Assembly (NCBI GenBank): GCA_009694085.1 | Contig: SHVW01000001.1 | Span: 8,164-72,163 of the forward strand | DNA: 64,000 nucleotides | Source of the DNA: Alphaproteobacteria bacterium | GTDB lineage: Bacteria; Pseudomonadota; Alphaproteobacteria; SHVW01 | Reading direction: 5' to 3' | Part shown: positions 29,522 through 41,874 of the stretch, piece by piece | Position numbering within the stretch: the first letter of the stretch is position 1 | Layout of the letters: each line of letters starts with the position of its first letter | The notes under the pieces: generated by a model | Database searches by the model: none | Seen by the model: the letters and a program-made list of their open reading frames with translations, nothing else | What the model was told of the DNA's origin: nothing | Program-made: the position numbers and the translations under genes

Positions 29522-30415
29522 ATGGCCGGGTCTGTCGCGAAATCGACCGTTTGGATCGCTGGCCAGAATGCCGGCGTCGACCGCACGGTTCTCCTCGTCG
29601 TGCCCGGCGTGCTGTTCGTCATTTTGCTGTTTATCTACCCGTTCCTATACGGGCTCGGCCTGTCTTTCACGCCGAAGGAGGGCGGGTTCGCCGCCAACTA
29701 CGCCAAGTTCTTCTCGACTCCCTATCTCAGCCAGACCATTTGGACCACGCTCTCCCTGGCGATTCCAGCGACGGTGATCAATGTCGGGTTCGCCCTGCCG
29801 CTGGCCTTCCATCTGCGCCATGCCTCGCGCCCCCAGCGCATCATCAGCGGCTTGCTCGTCGTTCCGATCACGCTTGGCACCGTGCTCGTGGCCGAGGGCC
29901 TGTTGACCTATCTCGGCCCGCAGGGCTGGTTCAACCGCGCGCTCATCGAATTCGGACTCATCAACACACCGGTCAAGCTGACGCATAATTACTGGGGCGT
30001 TCTGATGTCCCTGGTGGTCACGGGCTTCCCGTTCGATTTTCTGCTGATCCTGTCCTACATCACGGGCATCGACCCGGCGCTGGCGCAGGCTGCGGCAACC
30101 CTGGGCGCCGGCCCGATCCAACGCTTCCGCCAGATCTACCTACCGCTGCTGGCGCCCGGCCTGGCCGTGGTGTTCTGCCTTGCCTTCGTGCTGTCCTTCT
30201 CGGTCTTTCCCTCGGCCATCCTGCTGGGCAATCCGGCCAGTTCGACCCGCGTCATCACGATCGCGGCCTACCAGGCGGCCTATGAGGACTATGATTATTC
30301 CCTGGCGTCAGCGATCGCCATGATCATGTGCGCCGTGCAGCTCGTCATCGTCGCCGTCGTGCTCTCGATCCGCGGCCTGTTCTATCGCGGTCCCGCCGGC
30401 GGGGCGAAGGGATGA
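29522..30415 (+). CDS. ABC permease (PotB-like)
   Basis: TM helices, AA.TLGA EAA-like loop. Confidence 0.88.
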   Translation: MAGSVAKSTVWIAGQNAGVDRTVLLVVPGVLFVILLFIYPFLYGLGLSFTPKEGGFAANYAKFFSTPYLSQTIWTTLSLAIPATVINVGFALPLAFHLRHASRPQRIISGLLVVPITLGTVLVAEGLLTYLGPQGWFNRALIEFGLINTPVKLTHNYWGVLMSLVVTGFPFDFLLILSYITGIDPALAQAAATLGAGPIQRFRQIYLPLLAPGLAVVFCLAFVLSFSVFPSAILLGNPASSTRVITIAAYQAAYEDYDYSLASAIAMIMCAVQLVIVAVVLSIRGLFYRGPAGGAKG

Positions 30416-31290
30416 GCGCCGCTGGACCGGCGGGACTGGGCACGCTGCGCCGGCCCCACCGGTGGATCGAGCACCTGTGGTCGGCGACGATCTGGCTGGC
30501 GATGGGATTCTTCCTGCTGAACGTCGCCGGCGTTATCGCGGTCGTCACGGTGAGTTCGTTTGCCTCGCGTTGGCTCGGCACCTGGCTGCCCGCCGGGTTG
30601 ACGATGCGCTGGTACGCCACGGCCTGGCGGGAATTCTCCCTGAACTATGTATTGATCGCGACGGGCCAGATCACCGTGCTCGTGGTCGCGATATCGATCT
30701 TGATCGGCGTTCCCGCGGCCTATGCGCTGGCGCGGCGCGATTTCGCGCTCAAGCGCGCTGTCATGCTGCTGTTCCTGCTGCCTTTGATGGTGCCGCCGAT
30801 CTCCTACGGTATTCCGCTGGCGACCGTGCTTTACCAGTCCACCCTGGGCGGCACGATGTGGGGGGTAGTGCTGGCCAATCTCGTGCCGACCGTACCGTTC
30901 GTGGTGCTGGTTATGATGCCGTTCATCGAGCAGATCGATCCGCGTTTGGAATCGGCGGCGCGCGTGCTGGGTGCCGGCACCGGGCGCATCTTCATCCATA
31001 TCCTGGCCCCGTTGCTGGCGCCGGGCATCCTTGCTGCGGCCCTGCTGGTGACGGTGCGCACGCTCTCGATGTTCGAGCTGACCTTCCTGACCTCGGGACC
31101 GGACAGCCAGACGCTGGTCGTCGCCCTGTATTATTCGATATTCGCCGGCGGGGTCCGGGCCAGCCAGTCGATCGACGCCATGGCGGTGATGTACATGGTC
31201 AATACGCTGTTCTTCCTGGTCGTGGCCCTGCGCTTCGTCAACCCGACCCAGCTGGTCACGCGCGTGAAAGAGCAGCCACGTGCGGATTAG
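30412..31290 (+). CDS. ABC permease (PotC-like)
   Basis: LESAARVLGA loop; ATGA overlap with the upstream permease. Confidence 0.88.
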   Translation: MSAAGPAGLGTLRRPHRWIEHLWSATIWLAMGFFLLNVAGVIAVVTVSSFASRWLGTWLPAGLTMRWYATAWREFSLNYVLIATGQITVLVVAISILIGVPAAYALARRDFALKRAVMLLFLLPLMVPPISYGIPLATVLYQSTLGGTMWGVVLANLVPTVPFVVLVMMPFIEQIDPRLESAARVLGAGTGRIFIHILAPLLAPGILAAALLVTVRTLSMFELTFLTSGPDSQTLVVALYYSIFAGGVRASQSIDAMAVMYMVNTLFFLVVALRFVNPTQLVTRVKEQPRAD

Positions 31291-31392
31291 CCGCCCGTTA
31301 CGCAAGGGTGCGTTGCAAATCTTGAACTTGCGGACCCGTGGTAGGGGTGATTAGGTAAAGAAATCGTTTCACTTGCAGGACTGGGGACCATA

Positions 31393-32256
31393 GTGGGTCA
31401 AGCTGCGATCCGTACGGATCAAGACCAATCCGGCATCGTCATTCGGCCGGTCAGCACCGTTCTGGGGGCGGAGATCATTGGCGCGGACCTGTCGCGCCTG
31501 CCCACGACTCCGGAGTTCGAGCGCTACCGGGACGCCCTCCATACCTACAAAGTGCTCGCCTTCCGCGATCAGGACATGACCAAGGACGATTTGGTCGCGT
31601 TCAGCCAGCTCTGGGGACCCCTGGGCGAACACATCATGCCCGGCGCCGTGCGCGACGGCAGAACCGACATCAACGTGATGTCCAATGCCGGGCCCGATGG
31701 CAAACCCAACGGCAAGCATACCGACGTCACTGCCAAGCGATGGCACACGGATCGCTCTTATATGCCGGTGCCAGCCATGGCATCGTTCCTCTATGGCGTC
31801 GAGGTGCCGCTCAAAGACGGCGACACGCTGTTCGTCAACGCAGCCATGGCCTATGACGCGCTGTCCGACGAGATGAAGCGGCGTATCGATGGCCTCCAGG
31901 CCATTCACTGGGTCGAGCACTCGCGCCGGGACGGTGGGGTGGCGCTGGCCACGGACTACGAATTGAAGAAGGCGCCGCCGGTCAAACATCCGCTGGCCAA
32001 GACGCACCCCGCAACCGGCCGCAAGGCGATCTATTGCGGCTGCCACGCCTGGAAGATCGAGGGTTGGTCGGAGGAGGACAGCCGGCCGCTCCTCAATGAG
32101 TTGATCGCGCACGCGACCCAGGACCGGTTTATCTACCGGCACAAATGGCTCCGGCGCGATCTGGTGATATGGGACAACCGGTGCACCCTGCATGCGGCAA
32201 CCGATTTCGACACCAAGAACCATCTGCGGGTTCTCTACCGGACGATCGTGCTGTAA
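31393..32256 (+). CDS. TauD/TfdA Fe(II)/2-oxoglutarate dioxygenase
   Basis: WHTDRSY, GDTLF, HP.TGRK, WDNRCTLH. Confidence 0.92.
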   Translation: MGQAAIRTDQDQSGIVIRPVSTVLGAEIIGADLSRLPTTPEFERYRDALHTYKVLAFRDQDMTKDDLVAFSQLWGPLGEHIMPGAVRDGRTDINVMSNAGPDGKPNGKHTDVTAKRWHTDRSYMPVPAMASFLYGVEVPLKDGDTLFVNAAMAYDALSDEMKRRIDGLQAIHWVEHSRRDGGVALATDYELKKAPPVKHPLAKTHPATGRKAIYCGCHAWKIEGWSEEDSRPLLNELIAHATQDRFIYRHKWLRRDLVIWDNRCTLHAATDFDTKNHLRVLYRTIVL

Positions 32257-32338
32257 TTCCGAAACAGGCGCAGCCGACCAATGCGGCGCGCTCAGCCATC
32301 CCCATCGCGGATGGCGGCTGACAAGGGAGGATTGACCA

Positions 32339-33964
32339 ATGAACCACGTTAGGATTTTGCCGGTGACACGGCGCGATGTGATGCGGTTGCTCGGCATCGG
32401 CGGCGGTGCCGCCATCGGCGCGAGCCTGCCCGGGTTCGAGGCCCTGGCCCAGTCGCGCAAGGAAACGCTGGTCATCGGCATGGACATCCGCGACACCAAC
32501 AACCTCGATCCCGCGCGCGATCTGCACTACACGCCGCCCATGACGATCCACGCCTGCTACGACACACTGCTGACCATGACGCCGGGCGACTACATCAACC
32601 TGAAGCCGGCGCTTGCCACCAAATGGGCGCGCACGCCCGACGGCAAGGGCTGGCGCTTCACGCTGCGCGACAACGTCAAGTTTGTCACGGGCAACACGAT
32701 GACGGCGCAGGACGTGAAATACTCGCTCGATCGCGTCAATTACATCGGCTACCAGGCTTCGCAATATCTGACCAATGTGACCGAGGTCAAAGTTATCGAC
32801 GACAAGACCATCGACGTCATGCTGAAGAACCCGGCCGAACCGATCCTGACCATCCTGGCCGCGCCCAGCTTTTCGATCACCGACAGCAAGCTGGTGGCAG
32901 CGAATGGCGGCGACGCCACGACGGATTCTAAAACCAAGGACAAGGCGACGGAGTGGCTGAACCAGACCTCGGTCGGCACGGGACCTTACAAGCTGGCGGA
33001 ATGGCAGCGCGGCTCGCAAATCCAGTTGGTCGCCAACCCGAGTTATTGGGGCGGCAAGCCGCCCTATCAACGCGTCGTCGTGCGCCATTTCGAGGACGCG
33101 GCGGCCCAGCTTTTGTCGCTCCGGCGCGGCGACATCGACTGCGCCTTCAACTTGCTGCCCGAGCAGATCGCCACGCTGAAGGGCGAGAAGGACATCGGCG
33201 TCGAGGGGCATGCGAGCCTGGACTTCATCTACATCGCGCTGTCGCACAATCCCGAGTTCAACAAGGCGCTGGCGGTCAAGGAAGCGCGTCAGGCGATCGC
33301 CCATGCGATCGACTATGACGGCATCATCAAGAACCTGATCGGCGGCGCCGGCACCAGGCCGGTCAGCTTCATCCCGACCGGCCTGCTCGGCTCGACCGAG
33401 AAGCTGACCCAGGAGATCGGCTTTCGCGAGGATATCCCGCGCGCCAAGCAGCTCTTGCAGAAGGCCGGTTTCCCTGACGGGTTCGAGTTCGAGATCATTT
33501 ACGGCAACGGCGCCATCGCCGGCACCACGTACCATGTGCTCGGACAGAAGCTGCAATCCGATTTGGCGCGCGTCGGCATCAAGCTGAAGTTGGGGCCGAT
33601 GCCGCAAGTGAACCTGCGCACGCTCTACAACGGCGGCAAGATGAGCGCCACGCTGGTCTATTGGAATCCGCCGGCGGTGGAGAACGCTTTGTGGTCGTGG
33701 GCCACGGTGCAACGCGTCGCCAAGCGCCTGCATTGGACACCACCGGCGGATTTGGTGAAGCTGGTGGACGCCGCCGCGGTCGAGACCGACCAGAAAAAAG
33801 CCGAGCAGCTCTACATCGAATATCAAAAGCAGATGGTCGATGTGGCGAACCTGATTGTCCTGTTCCAGCCGATCTATCAAGTCGGCGTGCGCCGTTCGAT
33901 CAAAGACTTCCCGCTCACCGCCGCCGGGTGGCAGCTTGACGTGGGTGGCGTGAAGCCATCCTAG
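32339..33964 (+). CDS. Family 5 ABC substrate-binding protein with Tat signal
   Basis: TRRDVM twin-arginine signal, GTGPYK, AK.LL.KAG. Confidence 0.9.
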   Translation: MNHVRILPVTRRDVMRLLGIGGGAAIGASLPGFEALAQSRKETLVIGMDIRDTNNLDPARDLHYTPPMTIHACYDTLLTMTPGDYINLKPALATKWARTPDGKGWRFTLRDNVKFVTGNTMTAQDVKYSLDRVNYIGYQASQYLTNVTEVKVIDDKTIDVMLKNPAEPILTILAAPSFSITDSKLVAANGGDATTDSKTKDKATEWLNQTSVGTGPYKLAEWQRGSQIQLVANPSYWGGKPPYQRVVVRHFEDAAAQLLSLRRGDIDCAFNLLPEQIATLKGEKDIGVEGHASLDFIYIALSHNPEFNKALAVKEARQAIAHAIDYDGIIKNLIGGAGTRPVSFIPTGLLGSTEKLTQEIGFREDIPRAKQLLQKAGFPDGFEFEIIYGNGAIAGTTYHVLGQKLQSDLARVGIKLKLGPMPQVNLRTLYNGGKMSATLVYWNPPAVENALWSWATVQRVAKRLHWTPPADLVKLVDAAAVETDQKKAEQLYIEYQKQMVDVANLIVLFQPIYQVGVRRSIKDFPLTAAGWQLDVGGVKPS

Positions 33965-34027
33965 GCGCCGGTTCGCGCCGGCCGCTAGCGGATAGGTTTC
34001 GACGGATGATCCCCGATTCAAACAAGA

Positions 34028-34138
34028 GCCTCATGGTGAGCTTGTCGAACCATGAGGCTCTCGCCGCACGACAATTACCCATCATCTGCGACTGACAAGC
34101 GGCGGCGGCCTCATGGTTCGACAAGCTCACCATGAGGC
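34028..34138. repeat. REP doublet (REPIN/BIME-like): two 31-bp palindromic units in inverted orientation
   Basis: GCCTCATGGTGAGCTTGTCGAACCATGAGGC (34028-34058) is the exact reverse complement of 34108-34138. Confidence 0.85.
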
Positions 34139-34207
34139 AGATGATTCGGCCGGAAACAAATGTCAGTGTCGCTGCACTAGGACAATCGATCTCAACATGC
34201 CTCGCCC

Positions 34208-35221
34208 ATGCTCCGCTATCTGACCAGCCGGATCGTCGCAACCTTCGTCATGGCGCTGCTGGCGACCCTGATCGTGTTCTTGATCGTCAGTTTGGTGCCG
34301 GGCGATCCGGTGCTGTCGCAACTCGGCGACATGGCGGCCTCCAACCCCGAGATTGTCAAAGCCTACCGCGCGAAATGGGGCCTGGATTTGCCGCTCTACG
34401 AGCAGTACTGGATATTCCTCACGCGCCTGCTCAACGGCGATCTCGGCATATCGATCACCTCGCAACGGCCTGTCATGGCCGATATCGCGCAATACGCGCC
34501 GGCGACGATCGAACTCGGCACTATCGCCTTCATCTTGTCCGTTGTCATCGGCGTGCCCTTTGGCATCGCCGCCGCCGTGGCGCGCGATAGCTGGATCGAC
34601 CATAGCGCACGCTTCATTTCCCTGATCGGCGTGTCCTCGCCGGTGTTCTGGCTCGCTTTCATCATGCTTACGGTCTTTTACGGTTGGCTACAGATCGCGC
34701 CCGGTCCGGGCCGCCTCGATCCCATCGATCTGCCGCCGCCAAGGGTCACGGGTGCGTTCTTGATCGACAGCGCGCTCGCTAGCCGCTGGGATTTGTTGCA
34801 TACTGCGGTGGCCCATCTGGTGCTGCCGTCGATCGTGTTGTGCGCCGCGACCCTGGGCCTGATCACGCGCACGACCCGGGCGAGCATGCTCGACACTCTG
34901 GGTCAGGACTATGTGCGCGTGGCACGCGCCAAGGGCTTGAGGGAGCGCGCGGTAATCGTCGCCCATGCCTTGCCCAATGCCTTGATTCCGGTCGTAACCT
35001 TGGGCGGGCTTGCCTATGCCAATCTGCTGACCGGCACGGTCATGACAGAGACTATTTTCTCATGGCCGGGCCTGGGTCTCTACACCTTCCGTTCGGCCCT
35101 GGCGCTCGATATTCCCGCGATCATGGGCATGACGCTGGTCTTCGCCTTCGTCTATCTGCTGATCAATTTGCTGGTCGATCTGTCCTATGCCGTGCTCGAT
35201 CCGCGCGTGCTGAAACGATGA
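34208..35221 (+). CDS. DppB-like ABC permease
   Basis: PGDP, DYVRVARAKGL, ETIFSWPGLG. Confidence 0.92.
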   Translation: MLRYLTSRIVATFVMALLATLIVFLIVSLVPGDPVLSQLGDMAASNPEIVKAYRAKWGLDLPLYEQYWIFLTRLLNGDLGISITSQRPVMADIAQYAPATIELGTIAFILSVVIGVPFGIAAAVARDSWIDHSARFISLIGVSSPVFWLAFIMLTVFYGWLQIAPGPGRLDPIDLPPPRVTGAFLIDSALASRWDLLHTAVAHLVLPSIVLCAATLGLITRTTRASMLDTLGQDYVRVARAKGLRERAVIVAHALPNALIPVVTLGGLAYANLLTGTVMTETIFSWPGLGLYTFRSALALDIPAIMGMTLVFAFVYLLINLLVDLSYAVLDPRVLKR

Positions 35222-36085
35222 GCGAAGCTTCCGCCCCAATACTGGACGCCACGCCCTTCGAGCCTCGAGCTCGGACGAGCGGCCAGCGCTGGCGCCGCCG
35301 CTACGGCCTGGCCGTGATCGGCGCGGCGATCATCGTGATTTGGATCGTCGTTGCCCTGGCGGCGCCGCTGCTGGCTCACTACCCGCCCCATGCGGTGGAT
35401 GTGACCGTGCGCCTTCTGCCGCCCTCGGCGGCACATTGGCTAGGCACCGACCCGCTCGGTCGCGACGTCTATTCCCGCCTGTTGTTCGGCGCGCGCGTCT
35501 CGCTGTTCGCCGGCATCACGGTAGTGGTTCTCGGCGCCATCTTCGGCACGTTGCTCGGGGGCATCGCGGCTTACGCCGGCGGCAGGATCGAGGAGGGGCT
35601 GATGCGCTTCACCGATCTGATGCTGTGTTTCCCGCCGATCATTCTCGCCATGGCTATCGCGGCGGCCATGGGCATCGGCACGATCAACACGATGATCGCC
35701 ATGTTGATCGTGTGGTGGCCGAAATTCGCGCGGCTGGCGCGCAGCCTGGTTCTGGTTCAGCGCAGCCAGGAATATGTCGAGGCCGCCCATTTGATCGGCT
35801 ACGGCCCCAGCCGCGTGTTGCTGAAGCACATTCTGCCCAACTCCATCGGGCCGCTGATCGTGCTGGTGACGTTGGATGTCGGCCACGCCATCATCGTGTT
35901 CTCCGGCCTATCCTTTCTCGGCCTCGGCGTGGTGCCGCCGACGCCGGAATGGGGCGCCATGGTCTCGGAGAACCGCGAATTGGTCGAGCAATGGTGGGGC
36001 GCCACCTTCCCCGGTCTGGCCATCTTGACCGTGGTGATGGGTTTTAACTTTCTCGGCGACGGAATTCGCGACTGGCTCGATCCCC

Positions 36086-36102
<17 letters not shown>
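35218..36102 (+). CDS. DppC-like ABC permease
   Basis: GTDPLGRD, EYVEAA, LSFLGLG..PPTPEWG. Confidence 0.92.
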
Positions 36103-38131
<2,029 letters not shown>

Positions 38132-38161
38132 TTCATGGGTCAAACAGGAGTTGGTACAGTT

Positions 38162-38956
38162 ATGGCTAAGCCAGTTTTCGAGAACCGCGCGAAGAAGCGG
38201 CTCGCCGCGGGAGAGCTAACCCTGTGTATGGGTGTCAACCAGATGCGTAGCCCCGACGTGGCGCTGATCGCAGCCGCGTGCGGCTTCGATGCCATCTTCA
38301 TCGACCTGGAACATGCGCCGACTTCGCTGGAATCGGCGGCGGCCATCTGCGTGTCCGCGCTCAGCGTCGGCATCACGCCGATTGCTCGCGTCGCCTCGAA
38401 ACACGCTCACGACTCCGCCCGCATCCTGGATGCCGGCGGCCAAGGCGTCATGGTCGCCCACATCGACAATGCGGAGGAAGCCCGTGCGATCGTCAACACT
38501 CTGCGCTTTCCGCCCATCGGCCATCGCTCGGCCTATGGCACGGGGCCGGCACTCGGCTATCGGCCGATCCCACAAGGCGAGGTCAATTTTATCCTCAACG
38601 AAAATGAATTGCTGATCGCCATGCTGGAGACGCCGGAGGCAATCGAGAACGCCGAGGCGATCGCGGCGGTCCCCGGTATCGATGTCGTCCATATCGGCTC
38701 GCTCGACGTCACCAACGAGATGGGCATCCCCGCCGACTATCGCAATCCGAGGATGTGGGCCAATTTCGAGCGGGTCGCCAAGGCCTGCCGGGCCAATGGC
38801 AAAGCCATGGGCGTCGGCGGCGCACGCGGCGATTTCGGCCTGCAGAAGGATTTGATCGCACTGGGCGTGCGCTACATGACCACCGGCTCCGATGTCAGCT
38901 ACCTCATGGCGGCGGCACGCAGCGAAGTCGCGTCTTTGCGCAATTTGAAGATATAG
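38162..38956 (+). CDS. HpcH/HpaI class II pyruvate aldolase family
   Basis: FIDLEH, RFPP.G.RS, MLETPEA, IGSLD. Confidence 0.88.
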   Translation: MAKPVFENRAKKRLAAGELTLCMGVNQMRSPDVALIAAACGFDAIFIDLEHAPTSLESAAAICVSALSVGITPIARVASKHAHDSARILDAGGQGVMVAHIDNAEEARAIVNTLRFPPIGHRSAYGTGPALGYRPIPQGEVNFILNENELLIAMLETPEAIENAEAIAAVPGIDVVHIGSLDVTNEMGIPADYRNPRMWANFERVAKACRANGKAMGVGGARGDFGLQKDLIALGVRYMTTGSDVSYLMAAARSEVASLRNLKI

Positions 38957-38967
38957 GGAGCGGCACG

Positions 38968-39831
38968 ATGAACTCTAGTGAGAAACGAGCTAAGTTCCGC
39001 GCCGTCCTGGGCGGATCGCAGGTGGCGATCGCGGCGTCGGTGTTCGATCCGATATCGGCGCGCATCGCCGATCGGGTCGGCTTCGAGATCGGACTCATGG
39101 GCGGGTCGCTTGCCTCGTTTACGGTGCTGGGCGCTCCCGATCTTATCCTGATCACGTTGAGCGAGTTGGCGGAGCAGTGCAAACGGGCCTGCCGGGCCAG
39201 CCGCGTATCGCTGTTAGTGGATGCCGATCACGGTTATGGCAACGTTCTCAATGTCATGCGCACGGTCGAGGAGCTGGAAGTTGCCGGCGTCGCCGCGCTG
39301 ACCATCGAGGATACCTTATTGCCCCGGCGGTTCGGCGCGGGCGGGGCGGCGGAGTTGATTTCGGTCGAGGAAGGTGTGGCCAAGATGAAGGCCGCGCTGG
39401 CGGCGCGGCGCGATCCCGGCCTGGTCATCGTCGGGCGGACCAGCGCGACCGCCATCAGCGGCCTGGATGATGCGATTGCCAGACTGCGGGCCTACGTGGC
39501 GGCGGGCGTCGATGCGCTGATGGTGCCGGGGGTCAAGAACAGGGCCGAACTCGACCGCATCGCCGATGCCGTCTCGGTTCCGTTGGTGATCGGGGGCAGT
39601 TCCGAGGAGCTGTCGGACCTAACCTATCTAGCGAGCCGGCGGGTGCGGGTGTTCAGCTATGGGCATCAGGCCTTCGCCGCCTCGGTCAAGGCGATCCACG
39701 ACACCATGCTCGCGATCCGCAACGGTACGCCCGTGAGCAAGTTGGCGAATATCGCGGACAAGGAACTCATGGATCACGTCACGCGCGCTGCACGCTTCGC
39801 CGCCCACGCCAAGGCATATCTGGGCAAGTGA
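38968..39831 (+). CDS. Oxaloacetate decarboxylase (ICL/PEP mutase superfamily)
   Basis: SVFDPISARIA, GGS.AS..VLGAPD, DADHGYGN, TIEDT.LP. Confidence 0.85.
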   Translation: MNSSEKRAKFRAVLGGSQVAIAASVFDPISARIADRVGFEIGLMGGSLASFTVLGAPDLILITLSELAEQCKRACRASRVSLLVDADHGYGNVLNVMRTVEELEVAGVAALTIEDTLLPRRFGAGGAAELISVEEGVAKMKAALAARRDPGLVIVGRTSATAISGLDDAIARLRAYVAAGVDALMVPGVKNRAELDRIADAVSVPLVIGGSSEELSDLTYLASRRVRVFSYGHQAFAASVKAIHDTMLAIRNGTPVSKLANIADKELMDHVTRAARFAAHAKAYLGK

Positions 39832-39844
39832 GGGCGGATCTCGT

Positions 39845-40723
39845 TTAGGCGGCCTGCTCGACCGTATTACCGACATCCATGATCGAAGTGCGGCGCATGT
39901 CGCGCGGCGTGTTTTCCGGATAATGGCGACGTGCCCGGTGCATGGTTACGCGATTGTCCCACATGAGCAAATCGCCGACACGCCATTTATGCGTATAGAC
40001 ATGGGCCGGCTGGGTTGCCCGGTCCATGAGGTCGTAGAGCAGGTCCAAGCCCTCGGGTATGGGCCAACCCACGATATGGGCGGCGTGATTGGACAGATAG
40101 AGCGACTTCCGCCTCGTCCGGGGATGGCGGCGGACCAAACGTTGGGACACTGTCGCCAGGATCGTACGCTCGTCGGGCGAGGCCTCGGCAAAACCGACGA
40201 CGGCGCGGGAGTGGATCAGGCTGTGATGAGCCAGCAGGTCTTCGATCGTCAGCTTGAGATTGTCTGGCAGGCTGTCGTAAGCCGCACGCATATCGGCCAA
40301 TTGGGTCTCTCCGCCCTGTTCGGCGACGATTCGGCCGGATAGCAGGGAGTACTTCACCGGCACGCGGTTGAACGAGCCATCGGTATGCCAGCGCCGGCTG
40401 CCGAGATTATTCATGCGCCTGGCGTCGCCGGCTTCGAGTACGCGATTTTCGGCACTGATATTCGAAGCGTCGGTCATCTCGGCATTGAGTCGCTGTTCCC
40501 GGCCGGTGCGCGCGGCGGTCGAAACCTGCAACTCGCCAAATGGCCGGGTGAAGGCAACCTGCTGTTCGTCGGTGATGTGTTGTTCGGGAAAGACCAGAAC
40601 GGGGAAGCGATCGATTGCAGCCTCGATCTCCGAAACGACCTCGGGCGTCGCCGGCTGCCGCATATCGATGCCCTGGATCTCGGCGGCAAAGGAAGGGTGG
40701 CGTTCGTGCAGAGCGATAGGCAT
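39845..40723 (-). CDS. TfdA/SdpA-like Fe(II)/2-oxoglutarate dioxygenase
   Basis: WHTDGSF, GGET..ADMRAAYD, HSL.HSR, WDNRVTMH. Confidence 0.9.
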   Translation of the reverse strand: MPIALHERHPSFAAEIQGIDMRQPATPEVVSEIEAAIDRFPVLVFPEQHITDEQQVAFTRPFGELQVSTAARTGREQRLNAEMTDASNISAENRVLEAGDARRMNNLGSRRWHTDGSFNRVPVKYSLLSGRIVAEQGGETQLADMRAAYDSLPDNLKLTIEDLLAHHSLIHSRAVVGFAEASPDERTILATVSQRLVRRHPRTRRKSLYLSNHAAHIVGWPIPEGLDLLYDLMDRATQPAHVYTHKWRVGDLLMWDNRVTMHRARRHYPENTPRDMRRTSIMDVGNTVEQAA

Positions 40724-40734
40724 GGCTAGGTGTC

Positions 40735-41712
40735 CTAGGCTGCTGAAGTCGCTGCAATTTTCGTAAATTTCTGCATCCGGCGCAATGGATTCGGTATGGG
40801 TTTGTCTGGGTAGAGCGAAGGCCACGCGGCCTCGGCTACTTCGCCGACATAGATATCGCCACGGGAATCGACTGCTATGCCGTGGGGAGATAGGAATTGC
40901 CCGGGGGCCGTGCCATCGGCCGGCAGACGATTGAGTCGCGCCACCAGCTTGCCCTTGAGATCGACGATGCTGAGGCGCGGGCCCAGATTGGGCATGCCGC
41001 GATTGACCGAGAGGTAGGGGCCGATCTCGCCGATATAGCAAAGCGGGCATTTGCCGCCGGTCATGAACAACCCGCTCGGCCGGTGCAGATTGTTCCACTG
41101 GGTCTCGAACTTACCCATGCCGTCGAACACCTGGACGCGATGGTTCTCACGATCGGCGACATAGACCCAACCGTCGGCGTCGCAGCAGATATTGTGGGGA
41201 ATGTTGAACTGGCCCTCATCGGTGCCGATCTCGCCCCAAGACATGACCAGCTTGCCATCGGGCGTGTATTTGTGGACCCGGGCATTACCATAACCGTCGG
41301 ACACGTAGATGTGGTTGTCCGGCGAGAGCGCCGTATGGGTGCAGCCGTTGAAGGGTTGGCCGCTGAGTTTGGGCGCGGGCTTGTTCGGCAAGCCGATTTC
41401 CAGCATTACGCGGCCATCCAACGTACATTTGCGGACGGTGTGGTTGCCGTCATCGGTGCAGTAAATGGTGTCGTCGGGCCCCATATGCACACCATGGGGC
41501 CGCTTGAACAGACCCTCGCCCCAGGACGACAGGAAATTGCCATCGCGGTCGAACACGATCATCGGATGCTCGCCGCGATTGAAGCAGTAAACGCGGTCTT
41601 TGCGGTCGACGCCGATAGCCGCGACATCGCCGAACCGCCAACCCTCGGGCAGCTTGGCCCAATCGTTATGGGCTTCGTAGGTATGGTCGCCACTGCCGAC
41701 GATAACTGGCAT
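40735..41712 (-). CDS. NHL-repeat peptidyl-alpha-hydroxyglycine alpha-amidating lyase (PAL)-like protein
   Basis: FNRG, PHG, SDGYGNARV, PHN, ADRENHRVQ, PHGIAVD. Confidence 0.85.
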   Translation of the reverse strand: MPVIVGSGDHTYEAHNDWAKLPEGWRFGDVAAIGVDRKDRVYCFNRGEHPMIVFDRDGNFLSSWGEGLFKRPHGVHMGPDDTIYCTDDGNHTVRKCTLDGRVMLEIGLPNKPAPKLSGQPFNGCTHTALSPDNHIYVSDGYGNARVHKYTPDGKLVMSWGEIGTDEGQFNIPHNICCDADGWVYVADRENHRVQVFDGMGKFETQWNNLHRPSGLFMTGGKCPLCYIGEIGPYLSVNRGMPNLGPRLSIVDLKGKLVARLNRLPADGTAPGQFLSPHGIAVDSRGDIYVGEVAEAAWPSLYPDKPIPNPLRRMQKFTKIAATSAA

Positions 41713-41874
41713 TTCATGCTCCGGTTCTGGCTTTGCTGAGGGAGCATGGCGCGGCGTGCGGGGCGCAGCAAGCGAGAAAGCGCGAAAGGGTAAAGCCCCG
41801 GACTCGGCCCGGCTCAACGTATCGTGACCCGTCCTGCGCTTGCACGGAAGCGTTGAGGCCTTCATATTCCCACC

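Noticed and set aside
34028..34138. CRISPR array
   Set aside because: Only two units, in inverted orientation, and no cas genes
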